A DNA stretch of 64,000 nt. Source: Candidatus Aldehydirespirator sp. GTDB lineage: Bacteria > Actinomycetota > Acidimicrobiia > Acidimicrobiales > Aldehydirespiratoraceae. Shown piece by piece: positions 62,477 to 64,000 of this stretch. The translations under genes were made by a program, and so were the position numbers. The stretch lies in the NCBI GenBank assembly GCA_965204875.1, contig OZ242020.1, forward strand, positions 2,475,729 through 2,539,728, written 5' to 3'. The notes beneath the pieces were generated by a model, which was given only the letters and a program-made list of their open reading frames with translations, ran no database searches and had not been told where the DNA came from. Within the stretch, counting starts at the first letter, position 1, and each line of letters starts with the position of its first letter.

Positions 62477-64000
62477 ATGCTCATCGACGGCAACTCCCTC
62501 GCCTACCGCGCCTTCTTCGCCCTGCCCACCGACCTCGCCACGGCCTCGGGGCAGATCACCAACGCCGTGTTCGGGTTCACGTCGATGCTCATCAACCTGT
62601 GGCGCGACCATCGCCCCGACAGCACGGTGGTGGCCTTCGACCGGCCGGAGCCGACCTTCCGCCACGATCTGGTGCCCACCTACAAGGGCACCCGCGAGTC
62701 CGCGCCGGACATACTCAGGCAGCAGATGGGCCTGGTGCGCGAGGTGCTGGAGGCCCTCGCCGTGCCGACCGTGGACACCGCCGGCTACGAGGCCGACGAC
62801 ATCGTGGCGACGCTGGCCACCGAGGCCAGGGACGCCGGCAGCGACGTGATCATCGTCACCGGCGACCGCGACGCCTACCAGCTCGTGGAGGACCCCCACG
62901 TCAAGGTGCTCTACAACATGCGCGGCGTGTCGGACTACGCGCTCTACGACGAGGCGGGGATCCTCGAGCGCACGGGTGTGGGGCCGTCGGACTATGTGGC
63001 CTACGCGGCGCTGCGCGGCGATACCAGCGACAACCTGCCTGGCGTGCCCGGCGTGGGCGCCAAGACCGCGGCGAAGCTCGTCAACGAGCGCGGCGGCCTC
63101 GACGGCATCTTCGCCTCGCTGGCCGAGCTGACGCCGAGACTGCGCGAGAACCTTGCCGCCGCCGAGTCACGGGTACGCGACAACGCCCGCGTGATGGAGC
63201 TGGTGCGGGACGTGCCGCTCCCGGTGAGCCTGCGGGACCTGCGGATGGGCGAGATCGATGCGACGTCGGTGCGCAAGCTGTTCGACTTCCTGGAGTTCCG
63301 CAGCCTGCATTCGCGCCTGGCCGAGGTGCTGGGGGACGCGCTGGGCGACGATGGCTCACACACCCGAGAGGTGCTCGAGCCGTCGGTGACCGTGCCTGCG
63401 ACGGCCGCCGAGGCGGTCGAGCTGCTCACCGGCCTGAGCAGCGCCCCCGGTGACGTCGGCGATGTGCCGCTGGCCATTGCCACGCCCAGGCAGGGTCTGG
63501 GCGCCGGGCTGGCGCTGGTGCTCGAGCCGGGCACGTCCAGGGTGGGCTTCGTGCCCGCAAGCCTGCTGACCGACGCAGGGGTGGCCGCGGCGCTGCGCAC
63601 GCTGCTGGAGCGCCCCGCCGGTCCCGCTGCCGCCCCCGGCCCCGGTACTGCGGATGCCGGTGCGCCCGACCCCGGCGACAGGGACTCCGGCACTGCGGGT
63701 ACCGGTACCGCCGACCTCGGTGACGCCGACCCTGGCGGCGAGCGGCGGTTCAGGCCCCTGGCGCTGCACGACGCCAAGACCACCATGCGCGCGCTGCTCG
63801 AGGTGGGCGTGGAGATGCGGGACCCGATCATCGACACGATGCTGGCCGCCTACCTGCTCGATCCCGCCGACGCCCGTTACGAGTTCGCCGATGTTGTGGC
63901 GCGCTATGCCGACCTGGAGGCGCCGGCGCGGCCTGTGACCGAGGGGCGCCTCGACCTCGAAGGCAACGGAGTCGAGGTCGCCGAGGAGGCCGCCTGGGCC
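62477..64000 (+). CDS. polA: DNA polymerase I, 5' part (continues past window end)
   Basis: Hand translation of the frame starting at ATG 62477 gives MLIDGNSLAYRAFFALP...TYKGTR...YEADDI...TGDRDAYQL...GDTSDNLPGVPGVGAKTA with no stop to nt 64000. This ORF is not in the supplied track, which shows only stop-terminated ORFs. Confidence 0.9.
   Translation, partial: MLIDGNSLAYRAFFALPTDLATASGQITNAVFGFTSMLINLWRDHRPDSTVVAFDRPEPTFRHDLVPTYKGTRESAPDILRQQMGLVREVLEALAVPTVDTAGYEADDIVATLATEARDAGSDVIIVTGDRDAYQLVEDPHVKVLYNMRGVSDYALYDEAGILERTGVGPSDYVAYAALRGDTSDNLPGVPGVGAKTAAKLVNERGGLDGIFASLAELTPRLRENLAAAESRVRDNARVMELVRDVPLPVSLRDLRMGEIDATSVRKLFDFLEFRSLHSRLAEVLGDALGDDGSHTREVLEPSVTVPATAAEAVELLTGLSSAPGDVGDVPLAIATPRQGLGAGLALVLEPGTSRVGFVPASLLTDAGVAAALRTLLERPAGPAAAPGPGTADAGAPDPGDRDSGTAGTGTADLGDADPGGERRFRPLALHDAKTTMRALLEVGVEMRDPIIDTMLAAYLLDPADARYEFADVVARYADLEAPARPVTEGRLDLEGNGVEVAEEAAWA

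Noticed and set aside
62455-63453. 332-aa ORF offered by the track at the polA locus
   Set aside because: It is an Arg/Gly/Pro/Ala-rich wrong frame. The frame from ATG 62477 translates into canonical PolA 5'-nuclease motifs and stays open to the window end.

Overview
This window is a high-GC (about 70%) chromosomal segment. The gene content suggests Actinobacteria: furA-katG, mycothione reductase, and the conserved gcvH-garA-merR-DUF151-merR neighbourhood. Several genes have a -10 hexamer 6-7 nt from the start codon, which suggests leaderless transcripts. Most of the window is housekeeping: an amino-sugar cluster (ppgK, nagB), cobS/cobT/cobU, furA-katG, a selenocysteine-containing selD, a B12-riboswitch-controlled btuFCD-like transporter plus cobO, an alpha-glucoside regulon (GH13 glucosidase, LacI, SBP, two permeases), gcvH/gcvT/gcvP, aroC, a type II fatty-acid synthase operon (fabD-fabH-fabG-acpP-fabF, fabZ), HU, tRNA-Leu(CAA) and the 5' part of polA. 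There are three accessory spots. (1) 19.3-25.3 kb is a low-GC islet carrying one large OB-fold/DUF4011-like/SF1-helicase/Vsr-like-nuclease gene, a candidate single-gene defence system. Two near-identical, inverted ISL3-family insertions cut it into three pieces, and removing them restores a 1082-codon ORF. (2) 4.5-6.6 kb is a decayed islet with a DUF4143 ATPase pseudogene, an orphan vapB with a 20-codon vapC stub, and a membrane protein with perfect 54-bp tandem repeats. (3) 61.0-62.0 kb, next to tRNA-Leu, holds a secreted FN3 protein whose putative promoter has a G14 homopolymer filling the 17-nt -35/-10 spacer, which would suit phase variation. Other points: selD is split in the ORF track only because of an in-frame UGA (Sec). 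polA is absent from the ORF track. Short direct repeats spaced about 65-73 bp recur at gene starts and stops. All coordinates were derived by hand, and no database search was possible.
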